Positions 34,213 through 46,745 of a stretch of DNA of 64,000 bases are shown one piece after another. The first letter of the stretch is position 1; every line of letters begins with the position of its first letter. This DNA is from Octopus vulgaris (taxonomy: Eukaryota): the NCBI GenBank assembly GCA_951406725.2, contig CATOCA020000001.1:8866001-8930000 (forward strand). The letters are read 5' to 3'. The translations under genes and the position numbers were made by a program. The notes under the pieces are model-generated. The model had not been told where the DNA came from. It was given only the letters and a program-made list of their open reading frames with translations, and did no database searches.

Positions 34213-34425
34213 TTAATAATAATAATAATAATAATCCTTTCTAGCGGAAGCACAAGGCCTCAGATTTGGGGGAAGGGACTAAGTCGATTTGATCGACTCC
34301 AGTGCGTAACTGGTACTTATTTAATCGACGCTGAAAGGATAAAAGACGAAATCGACCTCGGCGGCATTTGAACTCAGAACGTGAAGACAGACGAAATACC
34401 AATAAGCATTTCTCCCGGTGTGCTA

Positions 34426-34477
<52 letters not shown>

Positions 34478-34549
34478 GTAATAATAATTAGTGATGGTGT
34501 CACAATAAAAACACTGGTAATTGCGCAACCTGATAATCGCTACCTCATA

Positions 34550-35965
34550 TGTGTGGCAATGAAAAAACAAAATATTGTGAATAACGGTGGTAATGAAACT
34601 GAAGCCAATGATTGTGACAGTGTTACACCCGGTAGGCTCAGAGATTCTGGTCCGGCTCCAGCCCGCCCATATCCAGAAAGGGACTACCACACACGGCGTA
34701 GATGGAGGAAGCAAATTAATGCTGTTGTCATGGAGTGTTAGTACCTTGAGCAGCACGGTAGATGAAAATGGTGCTCAAACTAGGGGTTACTCATAATGTA
34801 TGTATGATCCTGGGAGAGAAAAGGGATTGATTCAACTCCCGGAAAAGAGTATATGTGGTCAAGCTAGAGCAATAAGAATAAACTTGTTTGGTATAAAAGA
34901 CGGGTCATGGAATATAGTAGCAGAGATAACAAGGAAAATACAGTTCTTAATAATAAGAGTAAATTCATAGCACAGGAAAGGAGCAGTGGTAGTCTACTTG
35001 ATTAGAGACATATAGACGATCTAAAAGAAGACAATAAAACTAATGGCGACATGACAGATGAAGAGGTCTACGACAGAATAAAGGTAGGACTACAGGAGAA
35101 TGATATAGCGACATTATTTGCAACCTTAGAAAGGTTGATCGATGGAAATTGAACGAAGAAACGAAAAATGTCAATAAAATTCTGAAATACATCAAAACAA
35201 ACATCACAGAAAAAAATAATTTGATCAAGGCAGCAAGTAGTGTTGTAGCAGAAATCTTGGGCGTTGATGTCAAAAAAAACAACATAATGGGAATGGCAAA
35301 AGAAAAGATCCATGGTGGTAAAGAAGAACACAGACAGGGTCAGACTTGCTCTCGAAGGAAATCTCTGTGGTAGACCGAAAAGAGAAAGGGGGGTTTCAAA
35401 GAAAACAAAAATACAGGGCGATTTAAAGAAAGTATAATATTGAAAGAAATGGCCTGAAAGTAGTAATCGAGGGACTGAAACAGCGCCTCGTTGCAAAGAA
35501 AGCAAAGATGGTAAGATACGACCAAAGAATTTGGATAGTAGTCTGTCTAAAACAAGCAGAACTAGTCATTTCAGTTAAGGAAGAGAAGGAAATCAGCAAA
35601 ACAATGAGCAACTGGAAGGCCCCGGGACCAAGGCTACTGGATCAAAAAATTTGGTGAATGTCATGCACGAATAGCTGCGCAAATGAACACCTTGTTAAAT
35701 GCCGACCAAGTAATATCAGAGAGAGTAGGACAGTGCTGTGCCTGAAAAAAACATGGAAAAAGGCAATACGGTAGACAATTACAGGCCGATATCCTGTTTG
35801 CCACTTATGTGGAAATGATTGACTGGAATACTCGCAATGTCCGAACATCTGGAAAAAATGGAGTCCTGCCACATGAGCAGAAAGGTTGCAAGCGTAAGTG
35901 CAGAAGTACCAAGGATCAATTCCTGATAGACTAAAGTGTACTTAGAGACTGCAGAAAGAGGAAAA
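34550..35965 (+). mobile_element. Older R4/Dong-like element, decayed N-terminal and RT part
   Basis: NWKAPGP, NYRPISCLPLMWK and EQKGCKRKCRSTKDQFLID RT motifs; follows (AAT)n; cut by the Gypsy fragment. Confidence 0.7.
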
Positions 35966-37222
35966 CTAGTCATGGTAGTATTTCTGATTATTGTGGGTTA
36001 GTGAAACCGTGCAGTATCCCTTGGATTCCGCAGAAAGTGATGCAGAAGCCATACCAATGACGCTCTTCCATTTGACCGTGATAATGTCGAGTGTGTTCTC
36101 TAGCTTCTCACTAATGAAGCTCTTGTCAGTGCTACCGCCATCAATTAATGCTTCGGCTTTATAGCTATTGTTCAGTATAACCTTGGAGGTTACTCGGAAG
36201 TGTGAACCTGCTGATGCTGATACTGCCAATCGCAAATAATTTTCACCATCATCCTGTGTTACAGTTGCTGCGGTGCTCCTACATAGTTTTCCAAAATGCC
36301 CTATTTTGGGCATTTGTGACAGACTGCTTTCCACGCAGAGCAGTGAGTCCGCGGGTGTCCGGAATAGCCACAAAGCCAACATTGACAGGGGTCTCCTCCC
36401 TGCTTTGGGGAATTTATTGGCTTAGCTACAATGGATGCAGTTGGACTGAATTTGGCACCCTCAGAGTTTAGAAAGACACAGGAACTATGTTGCGCCACAT
36501 CTAGGGAACATGCTTGATCATAAGCTGTACTGAGGTCGACACTTTTGTTTTCTAATAGTCTTTGTCGTATTTGATTCGAAGTGAGCCCATTTATAAACAC
36601 ATCTCGAATCATTTCAGACCGGAACTGCTCAGCACTCACTGCAACAAAGTCACAGTCTTTCGCTAATATTTTGAGTTCGTTTAAGAACTGGTCTAGAGAT
36701 TCTCCTAGTTTCTGTTTCCTTGTGGCTAAAAGATGGCGTGCCATTACGATGTTCTTTGGTTTAATGTACACACTCTTTAGTGTATTCACAGCTTATTCGT
36801 AGTTCTTAGCTTCACTGATGAATTCGTATACGTTCGGTTCCACATAATTAATCAAAAGATTGCGTTTATCGATAACCCTACCTTCCTGCCTTGGTAGTGA
36901 GTCTATAAAGTTGGTGAAAGTTCTAAACCAGTGATTAAAAACTTTATCAGCATTTATAGAATTTCAGTTTGTATTCAGTCTGTCAGATTTCAAGTATCTT
37001 TCCATATCGTTCGCGTCTTTTCGCAAGTTTCTTTCTGCAACGTTTCCCAGTTGTGTATTTTCAAAAATTAGTTTCTTTAATTGTAATGTATAACCAGTAA
37101 ATCCTGGTTCAAAGAAACTAATTTTTAGTCATGGGCCTGTGCCTTATTCCGAAAGGCCGTTCTCTGTTTTCCTCTTCCTGTCAAATGCGTATGCTCTTTA
37201 TATCAACGTTGTTTGCATAACA
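35966..37222 (-). mobile_element. Ty3/Gypsy LTR retrotransposon 5' part: LTR, gag and protease (frameshifted)
   Basis: TG...CA 141-bp LTR candidate at 37082-37222; ATG ~37005; ARHLLATRKQ..GESLDQF..IRDVFINGL..IRQRLLE; two CCHC knuckles; ALIDGGS protease motif. Confidence 0.85.
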
Positions 37223-37890
37223 TTCTATATCTTACTAGTATCAGTTTAGACGCTGAGAATTTTGACCCCAGTATGCAACTGGTACTTAATTTATCGACCA
37301 CGGCAGGATGAAAGGCAAAGTTGATCTCGGCTGAATTTAAACTCAGAATGTAAAGACAAACGAAATATCGCTAAGCATTTCGCCCGACGTGCTAACGTTT
37401 CTGCCTGCTCGCCGCCCTCTGTTGTTAATGATATTAATAAGGTAATAATAAGGTGGCTAGCAAGTTCACACGGTTACTGGCACATTATAAGCTAAATTTA
37501 GATTCAGTAGGGTATATAATACCACTTGCTAAAATCAGAGCCAAAGCTCCAAAACCATCGGAATCTCACAATATATATGTATTGTGGTATTTCGGTCATT
37601 TTTGCCAAATAAACATATGCTCTATATATTCGTTCTCTTTACTCGTTTATTAATGTTCTTATTTTAACTCATGTCCATTGTCAGGAAATCCTTCGTCACA
37701 CATCTGTGGCCTCTTCAGCGACACTCCCCGTCCCCCATGTGTGCTCCTTTTCTGCTCATTCCGTGGAGTGAAGAACGAATAAATAGTTCGACTGTTTAAT
37801 TAGCCCCTAAAATATAATAATGACCATCCCGAAATACAACAATACCTGTTTCAAACTCATGGTTTCAAACCAGGAATCTTGCAACACATG

Positions 37891-37954
<64 letters not shown>

Positions 37955-38124
37955 TATTAGAGACAAAACCACTATTTTGCAAAACAAACAAGGAAAGACT
38001 TAATCAATACATAAAATTTAATAAATAGTAACTATAATCGTTTCTTGTCTTGATCGACAATCTTCAGGTGGACTTCAATAAGTCAGTTTCAAATTATATA
38101 TATATATATTTATTATATAGAAGG

Positions 38125-38175
38125 AGCTTCTACAGGACTAGAACTGTTTCATTCAAGAGAAATCTTCAGGAAGCT
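38125..38175 (-). ncRNA. Type I hammerhead ribozyme motif
   Basis: Minus strand: AGCTTC CTGAAGA TTTC TCTT GAAT GAAA CAG TTCTAGTC CT GTA GAAGCT (6-bp stem I, GUA site, U-U at 10.1/11.1). Confidence 0.7.
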
Positions 38176-38767
38176 AGTTAACAAGAATTGTATTGGCATT
38201 TATACATTTAGGCAGGTTTAAAGGGGTGGTGGTGGGGGACTTTTTGGGGGTAGGCATAGCGCAAAATATCATACTTGGGGGAGTGGTCAAGGAGTCAGTG
38301 TTAAATTAGATAGAAGAATAAATAAAAAAATAAAAAAATAAAAAAATATATGTATAAAAAAAAGGGGAATAGAGTTTTAGGTAAGTAAGGAGATTCTCAC
38401 TTATACCTATGCACATATGTGTACATATATACACACACATATACAAACATATATACATATACATACACACATACATACACACACATATATATACATATAT
38501 ATACATACACATACATATACATATCTACACATACACATATATGTATACATACACACTCACATGCATACACTTATACACACATGTATATATACACACACGA
38601 CCACACATACATATACACACATAAAGATATATATATATACATACACACACATACTCACATACACGCATACACACACATATATCCACACACACACATGCAC
38701 ACACAGCACACTAGTCCCTATATACACATATATACACATACACACATATATATACATATACATACAT

Positions 38768-38815
<48 letters not shown>

Positions 38816-39128
38816 GTGTACCTATGCATACCTACACATACACACATATATATACACATACAAATACAGACCCATTCCCTAATTTTAATTTTATTATCTT
38901 CATTTATTACTTTTGTTATCTTTGACCGCTTGGTCACAAACATCTTGGCTATGACAGCCAGTCCATTTATCTGTCTACTGGAAAACAAGCACTCATTCAC
39001 TCACGCACACTCTTTAGCACGTACACTCACTCATTCGTACATTCATACACATACACGCACGCACGCGTTATATTCATACATACATACATCTACATACATT
39101 CACGTATATACACATACGTACGCGTACC

Positions 39129-39173
<45 letters not shown>

Positions 39174-39262
39174 AAATATTAGGGAATAAATCCAAACTTA
39201 CAGGGAAAAATCAGATTTAGGATTAAATCCAATTTCATAGTATAAATATATTATATCATATT

Positions 39263-39627
39263 ATATTAAATTAGAGATAAAACCACTATTAGGCAAATCA
39301 AACAATGAAAAACATAAGCCAATACATAAATTAATTAATTTATATTATAATAAAAATATATCAAAAGTATTAAAAGTTTAATAAAAGATAGTGAGAATCA
39401 GAATCGAAATCGATCAATGGAAATTGCAGCTGAGATACCAGTGCCGGTGGCACGTAAGAGAATCATCCGAATGTCGCCGTTGCCAGCGCCACCCCGACTG
39501 GCCTCGTTATATTTTATTAAACTTTTAATACTTTTGATATATTTAAAAATAATATTAATTAATTAATTTTATGTATTGGCTTATGTTTTTCATTGTTTGA
39601 TTTGCCTAATAGTGGTTTTATCTATAA

Positions 39628-39634
<7 letters not shown>
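39263..39634. repeat. Foldback with ~125-bp AT-rich inverted arms around a GC-richer spacer
   Basis: 39263-39390 is the reverse complement of 39508-39634. Confidence 0.85.
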
Positions 39635-39663
<29 letters not shown>

Positions 39664-39667
<4 letters not shown>

Positions 39668-39883
39668 TATAATTAAGAGCTAAAGAAGATTATTCTAAAG
39701 CCAATACACTGATTTATCCACTTATATTCCGAAATTGATTCAATATAGAGATAACGAAATTAAAATTTTCTAAAGGTTAGTTGCCCGTTTTCAGTTTCAA
39801 TTTTCCTGTAACAAGTGGATTATAAGTGGATAAATCAGTGTATTGGCTTTAGAATAATCTTATTTAGCCCTTAATTATATGAT
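39664..39883. repeat. Foldback with ~60-bp inverted arms
   Basis: 39664-39725 is the reverse complement of 39821-39883. Confidence 0.8.
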
Positions 39884-39972
39884 GTTTATACTTCAACCGT
39901 AACGGTTTTTTTAATATACTGCCACGCTTTCTGATGGATTCCTTTTCTGTAGAGAAAGGGACTCCATCCTAG

Positions 39973-40018
<46 letters not shown>

Positions 40019-40998
40019 CAGTTTGGCGATCTCGGTTGGGACAAATGCTACTACCGTTTAGCCCCAGGAGACAACATCTCCTGCTGGCTAAACGTCACAC
40101 AATCTGTCCTTATATTTTCGAAAATACTGTGTAATTAGATGAATATTGTGACTAAATTCCATCAAATAGCTTTTCTACAGATATAAGCAAACTATACCTT
40201 ATATTATATCCTGGAAATATTAATGATATATAAAATACTCTCTGAAAATAAAACGAATTTCCATATAAAAGTATGTTTGCGTTGGAAATTGTTATAATGA
40301 AACTTTGACAATATTAAAGAGTAAGAAAATATTGTGTTAATTAAAAGCAATAGAAGAAGAATATCTACCTGAATAATTAATTTCTTTCAGTTGGAATCTG
40401 AAGAGTTTTTCTGTCAGGAATATCTTCCACGTTCAGTGAGTTCAAAGAACAGCAAACGAATAAAGAAATGTGTTGAATTTTGTCTATTTATATTGATGTT
40501 ATGAGACTTGGAGACGTTAAATTTTGAGATAAGAGTTTGTGTGTGCGTGTGTCTATTTCGGGATAAGAATATTATGTGTATATGTGATGCTACGAATGTA
40601 TGTATATGTGTCTATGCATGTGCGCGTGTGTGTGTGTGTGTGTTATAAACCCTACACATAATCCGTTCTGTTATTTAATCACATCGACAAATGCTAAATC
40701 CTGACAACAGTTATAGCAGTAAACGTTCTGTGTGTGTGTCTGTGTATTATATCTATATGTGTGCACGCATATATTTATGTATATGTGTGTTTCTAGGCAT
40801 GCCATGTTCTCACTGCAGGTAAATAAAGGAAAATACTTGGATACGCACATACACACACATATTTATATGTACATATGCAGATACCATATATGTAATGTAT
40901 AGCATAATACACGTGTATATATATATATATATATATACACAATATAATATATTGTATATATGTATGTATGTATATATACTTATATATATTTATATACA

Positions 40999-41602
40999 GG
41001 CGCAGGAGTGTCTGTGTGATACGTAGCTTACTTAGGAAGCACATGGTTCCTGGTTCAGTCCCACTGCGTGACACCTTGGGCAAGTGTCTTCTACTACAAC
41101 CTCTGTCTGACCAAAAACTTCTGAGTGGATTTGGTAGATGGAAACTGAAAGAAAACTGTCGTATATATATATATATATATATATATACGGCAGGTTTCTT
41201 TCAGTTTCCATTCAAATCCACTCACATATATATATATATATATGCGTGTGTGTGTGTGAGTGTGTGTGTCTGTGTGTGTGTGTGAGTGTGCATGTGTGTG
41301 TGTATGTTTGTGTGTCTATATTTGTCCTCCCAACATCGTGTGGAAACCGATGTTCGTGGGTCCTGGTAACATAGCGGTTCGTCAAAAGACACCCATAGAA
41401 TAAGTACTAGGCTTACAAATAGTAAGTTCTGGGGTCGATTTGTTCGACTGAAGGCGGTGCTCCAGCATGGCTGCAGTCAAATGACTGAAACAAATAAAAG
41501 AATAATAGAATACATACACACACACACGTACATGCATATATATGTGTGTATGCATATATATATATTTACGTGTATGTGTGTGTATATATATATATATATA
41601 TG

Positions 41603-41645
<43 letters not shown>

Positions 41646-41744
41646 TAATACTTTGAGGGAATATTATTCCTAACTTACAGGGGAAAATTCAATTTGAAGT
41701 ACTAAATCAAATTTCACAAAATATAATTTAATATAATATAATAT

Positions 41745-41810
<66 letters not shown>

Positions 41811-42210
41811 GCGCAGGAGTGGCTGTGTGGTAAGTAGCTTGCTTACCAACCACATGGTTCCGGGTTCATTCCCACTGCGTGGAACCTTGGGCAAGTGTCT
41901 TCTACTATAGCCTCGGGCCGACCAAAGCCTTGTGAGTGGATTTGGTAGACGGAAACTGGAAGAAGCCCGTCTTATATATGTATATATATGTATGTATGCA
42001 TGTTTGTGTGTCTGTTTTTGTCACTCCACCATTGCTTGACAACCGATGGTGGTGTGTTTACGTCCCGTATCTTAGCGGTTCAGCAAAAGAGACCGATAGA
42101 ATAAGTACTGGGCTTACAAAGAATAAGTCCCGGGGTCGAATTGCTCGACTAAAGGCGATGCTCCAGCATGGCCGCAGTCAAATGACTGAAACAAGTAAAA
42201 GAGTAAAAGA
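40999..42210 (+). mobile_element. Two SINE family 1 copies (40999-41505 and 41810-42210)
   Basis: Full consensus head to tail in each. Confidence 0.85.
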
Positions 42211-42213
42211 GTA

Positions 42214-42254
<41 letters not shown>

Positions 42255-43052
42255 GTTTGTATCTATGTATGCATGTAAGTCGACCACAATATACAATTTA
42301 ATTTAGATTGGTTGATTCTCTCAATTTCGATCCCTTTTGATAAAGACAAGGAATTCTGTCTTCTCAGTAATTCAGAACTATTATTTATTTTTTCTAGAAC
42401 TTCCCTTGTACACTCGGTTATAGACCGTGTATACCGATGTTGGTAGTGTGTTTATATATGTGCATGTGTGCCTTTCTTTATATACATATATATATACATA
42501 CTATACATATATACATGTCTATGTATGTATATAAATTTATATGGTATTTGAGTGTATATACATATATACATATTTACATACACACACACATAGGTAGATA
42601 GATAGATAGATGTCGGAAGGTAGATACATAAATAAATTCATGTGAATACATATATATATATATATGCTCCACACAAAGGGTTTCATTCAGTTTCTATCTA
42701 CCAATCGGCACAGACGGCTGTAGTTGGCCACAGCTATAATGGAAGAGAATTGCCAAATGTGGGGTTGAACCAGGAATCATTTGGTTGTGAAACAAACTTC
42801 TTACCACACCGACACATTTGGAAGCACATAATCGTTGATCGAGCAGACATGATCACAAGCATTCCATCCACGACCATCTTGAGGATTTACATGCATTTAG
42901 AATTACACTATGTAATCTGTCATACGATATATGACTAAGGTGAGATTTGGGCTAAAATTTGGCTGCTATTTCTTGTAGATCAAATGAACCCCACAAATCC
43001 AATCGTTACATGCTTCTGTGTATGTCTGTGTGTGTGCATGTATGCCCATGTA

Positions 43053-43095
<43 letters not shown>

Positions 43096-43838
43096 TGTTC
43101 TGCTTGTAAGTAAAGCCTTTTGTCAGCGTTGTAAATTTAATCTCGTATTTTATCTGGAAATTAGGTCGAGTGTTTATGACATTCCTCTTGTGTTGCATGG
43201 CTGCCATGGTATATACAAGCGGGGAAGGCCATTGCCGCTCCTAACAGAAGTCATTATGTAAATAATGTCAATAGAAAGAAGATAAGATAATTCAATATTT
43301 GAAGTGGTGTGCAAAGTTGTTTGAATATCAGTGGCTTATTTGGTCCACGTGAGTTCAATTCCTTGTAAAGCATTGTGTCCTTGAGTAAGACTCTTTATTT
43401 CCCGTTGCTCCAGTTCAATCTGGTGGTAAAAACAAGTAGTACCTGTATTTCAAAGGGCCAGCCTTGTCCCACTCTGTGTCACGCTGATTCTCCCGCAGAA
43501 TTACGTTAATTGTACACGTTTCTGTGGAGTGTTCGGCCCCTTGACAATAATTTCACGAGGAGGCTGTTCCGTCGATCGGACACCTTGGAACCTTTGTTAT
43601 TGTAACTGAGTGTCACTGATATATATAACAAACAACAAATGCACTACGGAGGAAACAACTACCAACACAATATACCTGAGGAACTAAGACGTAACACTAG
43701 GTTCAACAACAGACTCCAGAACAGAGCACCACAAACTCACTCTGACAATTATAACAACATGAGACAGATAAATAATAGCTTTGAACATAACTACACCAAC
43801 CATTTTTTAGACCCCACACACAGGAACAGGGACACACG

Positions 43839-46112
43839 ATGGCAAAGGACAAACAAAAGAAACCTCAGGTAATTAAGATAATCAATCTCTCAAACAAAGA
43901 ACTTACACCTAACGAAATAAGCATACTCTCCAAAGGACTTAAATTTACACCCACCCCACAACGTTCTAATTATTATGAAATGAAAGATGATATTTCGGAA
44001 TTTTGCAGAAAACTAAGACTCACCGAGGCATTTCAAGACAAACAAATAGAGGAGGACTCAATAGCTAGAAACAAGAGCAATTACACCCCCACCAAAGGTA
44101 AGAATAAAGCCTTAGACCGCTATTGTGACTACATAACTAATTTCCCGTTTCAATTCATCAAGAAACAAAAACACAGCCCTAACTTCAACAAAAGAGAATG
44201 GAACGACCTCATCAAACTAAGAGAAGACAAAACAATAACAATTAAGGAGGCAGATAAGGGCAACGCGATAGTAATAATGAATACAAACAATTATAAAAAT
44301 TTAGTGCTATCCCTATTAAGAGATGAAACGTATTATGAAAGGGCCCAACAGTATAACCAGCAAAAAATAATGCATAACCTTAGGACATTAATCAACACAT
44401 ACCAAGAAGGACTCACGAACAAGGAGTATGAATACATCACTAACTTCAAATGCAAATCGAGTTTGTTCTATGGTATCCCTAAGGTACACAAAAGCCAAAC
44501 CATTAGAGAAACGTGCAAAACATCCACCGACACACTCATCAAAATCCCTTCACCAAATGATCTTAAACTAAGACCGATAATAGCAGGGCCAGCATGTGAA
44601 ACTCACCGCCTCAGCAATTTCTTAGACACACTTCTTAAACCTTTCCTAAAACACATCAAAAGCTACGTAAGAGACGATATAGATATGCTCAACCACCTCC
44701 CTAAAACAGTCAATGAGAAAACCCTTCTAGTATCATTCATCCCTCACAACCTAGGAATAGAAGCGATCACCTTCTGGCTGAATAACTACCCCTTTGAACT
44801 CCCAACTCGCATAAACAAAGACCTTATAATAGAAGGACTTAGATTCATTTTAGAGAACAATTATTTTATTTTTGACAATGATTTCTACAGGCAAAGATCG
44901 GGAACAGCGATGGGCACGCGTACTGCACCATCTTTTGCCAACCTAGTGATGGGATACCTCGAGAAAATACTATACCGGATGACACTCGAGAAATATGGAA
45001 ACACCTTCGCCACCTATATCCATAACAACTGGAAAAGATACCTCGATGACTGTTTCATCATCTGGGACAAAGGCATAGAGAAACTTGAGGAATTTAAAAT
45101 TCTATTAAATGGAATAAATGACAATATACAATTCACGATGGACCACAACGAAAAAGAATTACCATTTTTAGACATCCTCATTAAGAAAACCGGCAACAAA
45201 ATAGAGACAGATATCTACTATAAACCGACAGACTCTAAACAGTACCTACCCTTTGATTCATGCCACCCACGACACACTAGAATGAATGTCCCTTTTTGTT
45301 TAGCTAGAAGGATTTGCACCATAATATCAGACACAAACACCCGACACACACGTCTCCAGGAACTTAGAACCACACTCACAAATAGAAACTATCCACAGCC
45401 CCTAATAGACAGTGCAATCCAACGGGTACTTAAATTAAGTATAGAAGACCTGAGACAAACAAAACCAAAAAAGAAAGAACAATTAAAAACCCTTCCCTAC
45501 ATCTCTACACACAACCCACTCAACAATGAGGCCTTCAACACCATACTACAAAGCACAGCCCTACTAAAGGGAGACCCAAAGATGAACCAGATCCTCGAAA
45601 CACACACCATCATTAAAAGTAAACGGCAACCAAAATCCTTGAAAAGGATTTTAACCCAAGCTACACTGCACTCAACATCAACCACAAAACCAGCAGTTAG
45701 AAAATGTGGAAGGCCCAACTGCGGAATCTGTGTCATCTTGAAAGAAGGATCAGAATTTATACTGGAACAAGGCCACCAGTTCACCATTAGAACAAACTTC
45801 ACCTGCGCATCAGAAAACTTAATTTACGTCATAACATGCGCAGGCTGCAATAGGCAGTATATAGGACATACAAAAAATAGCTTACGTAACAGGATGGCGG
45901 TGCATAAATCACAAATTAGAAACCCTGATTACCGCAAAATACCGGTCAGCGGACACATAGATAGATGTGCTGGAAATGTAAATCCGAAATTTACAACTAA
46001 CCCGCTCTATAAATTCAGTGACAACGCAACCTTCACACAACGCCAAAATAAAGAACTATATTTCATAAAAAAATTTAGACCAAGTTTAAACACCCTGGGC
46101 CAGGAATACTAA
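43839..46112 (+). CDS. Penelope reverse transcriptase + GIY-YIG endonuclease, 757 aa, with in-frame loss of RT motif A
   Basis: FYGIPKVHK, LRPII, GTAMGT..AP, RYLDD, LPFLD, YYKPT, SCHP and NLIYVITC..C..QYIG.T...R...H motifs. Confidence 0.92.
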   Translation: MAKDKQKKPQVIKIINLSNKELTPNEISILSKGLKFTPTPQRSNYYEMKDDISEFCRKLRLTEAFQDKQIEEDSIARNKSNYTPTKGKNKALDRYCDYITNFPFQFIKKQKHSPNFNKREWNDLIKLREDKTITIKEADKGNAIVIMNTNNYKNLVLSLLRDETYYERAQQYNQQKIMHNLRTLINTYQEGLTNKEYEYITNFKCKSSLFYGIPKVHKSQTIRETCKTSTDTLIKIPSPNDLKLRPIIAGPACETHRLSNFLDTLLKPFLKHIKSYVRDDIDMLNHLPKTVNEKTLLVSFIPHNLGIEAITFWLNNYPFELPTRINKDLIIEGLRFILENNYFIFDNDFYRQRSGTAMGTRTAPSFANLVMGYLEKILYRMTLEKYGNTFATYIHNNWKRYLDDCFIIWDKGIEKLEEFKILLNGINDNIQFTMDHNEKELPFLDILIKKTGNKIETDIYYKPTDSKQYLPFDSCHPRHTRMNVPFCLARRICTIISDTNTRHTRLQELRTTLTNRNYPQPLIDSAIQRVLKLSIEDLRQTKPKKKEQLKTLPYISTHNPLNNEAFNTILQSTALLKGDPKMNQILETHTIIKSKRQPKSLKRILTQATLHSTSTTKPAVRKCGRPNCGICVILKEGSEFILEQGHQFTIRTNFTCASENLIYVITCAGCNRQYIGHTKNSLRNRMAVHKSQIRNPDYRKIPVSGHIDRCAGNVNPKFTTNPLYKFSDNATFTQRQNKELYFIKKFRPSLNTLGQEY

Positions 46113-46274
46113 AACAAAAGATAAGTCCTCCGAAAGGGAGAAGCGGGGTTCCACCACGGCCGCTGCTTCAAACAGACACTCACTCTGACGGAAATATGCC
46201 TTAGTAAAAAAGGGAAAAAATTCTTTCGTGCAAATCTGACCCTGATACATACGATACAGCTAAGGGTCAGACCC

Positions 46275-46745
46275 GATTCTGATTGGTCAACAAGTTGATG
46301 ACGTCTAGCTCTGCTAGAATGGACAGGATACAAACAGGGGACAGTCATTAGTCAGAATATTGATGACGTCCTTTTCTGCTTGAATAGTCACCTAACAAGT
46401 ACAGACAGGGGGCAGATCTAATGTAGCTATAAGTCGTGATTGGGCAGAATCTGGATGACGTCCCGCTCTGCTTGACTAACGAAGCGACTGGTCAAAACAG
46501 GAAACAAACAAGAGGCAGATATAATGCAGCGATTGGTCAAAATAATGATGACGTCCCGTTCTACTTGACTAACGAAGCGACTGGTCAAAACAGGAAACAA
46601 CCAAGAGGGAGTTATAATGCAGGGATTGGTCAAAATAATGATGACGTCCCGATCTACTTGATTAAAGCCACCTAACGAAACGATTGGTCAAAACATTGAT
46701 GACGTCACGCTACGCTAGATTGACCACCTAACAGGCATTATAAAA
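46275..46745 (+). promoter_or_regulatory. Tandem CCAAT (ATTGG) + CRE (TGACGTC) array followed by a TATA box in the Penelope 3' region
   Basis: Six TGACGTC motifs, most preceded by GATTGG at similar spacing; TATAAAA at ~46739. Confidence 0.55.

Noticed and set aside
40360-40440. Possible short exon (plus-strand AG...GTGAGT, or a minus-strand donor near 40368) as a 5' exon of either copy
   Set aside because: No ankyrin similarity and no independent support; splice-like motifs are common by chance.
46420-46720. CRISPR-like repeat-spacer array
   Set aside because: Tandem promoter repeats with similar intervening sequence, in a eukaryotic retroelement; no cas genes.
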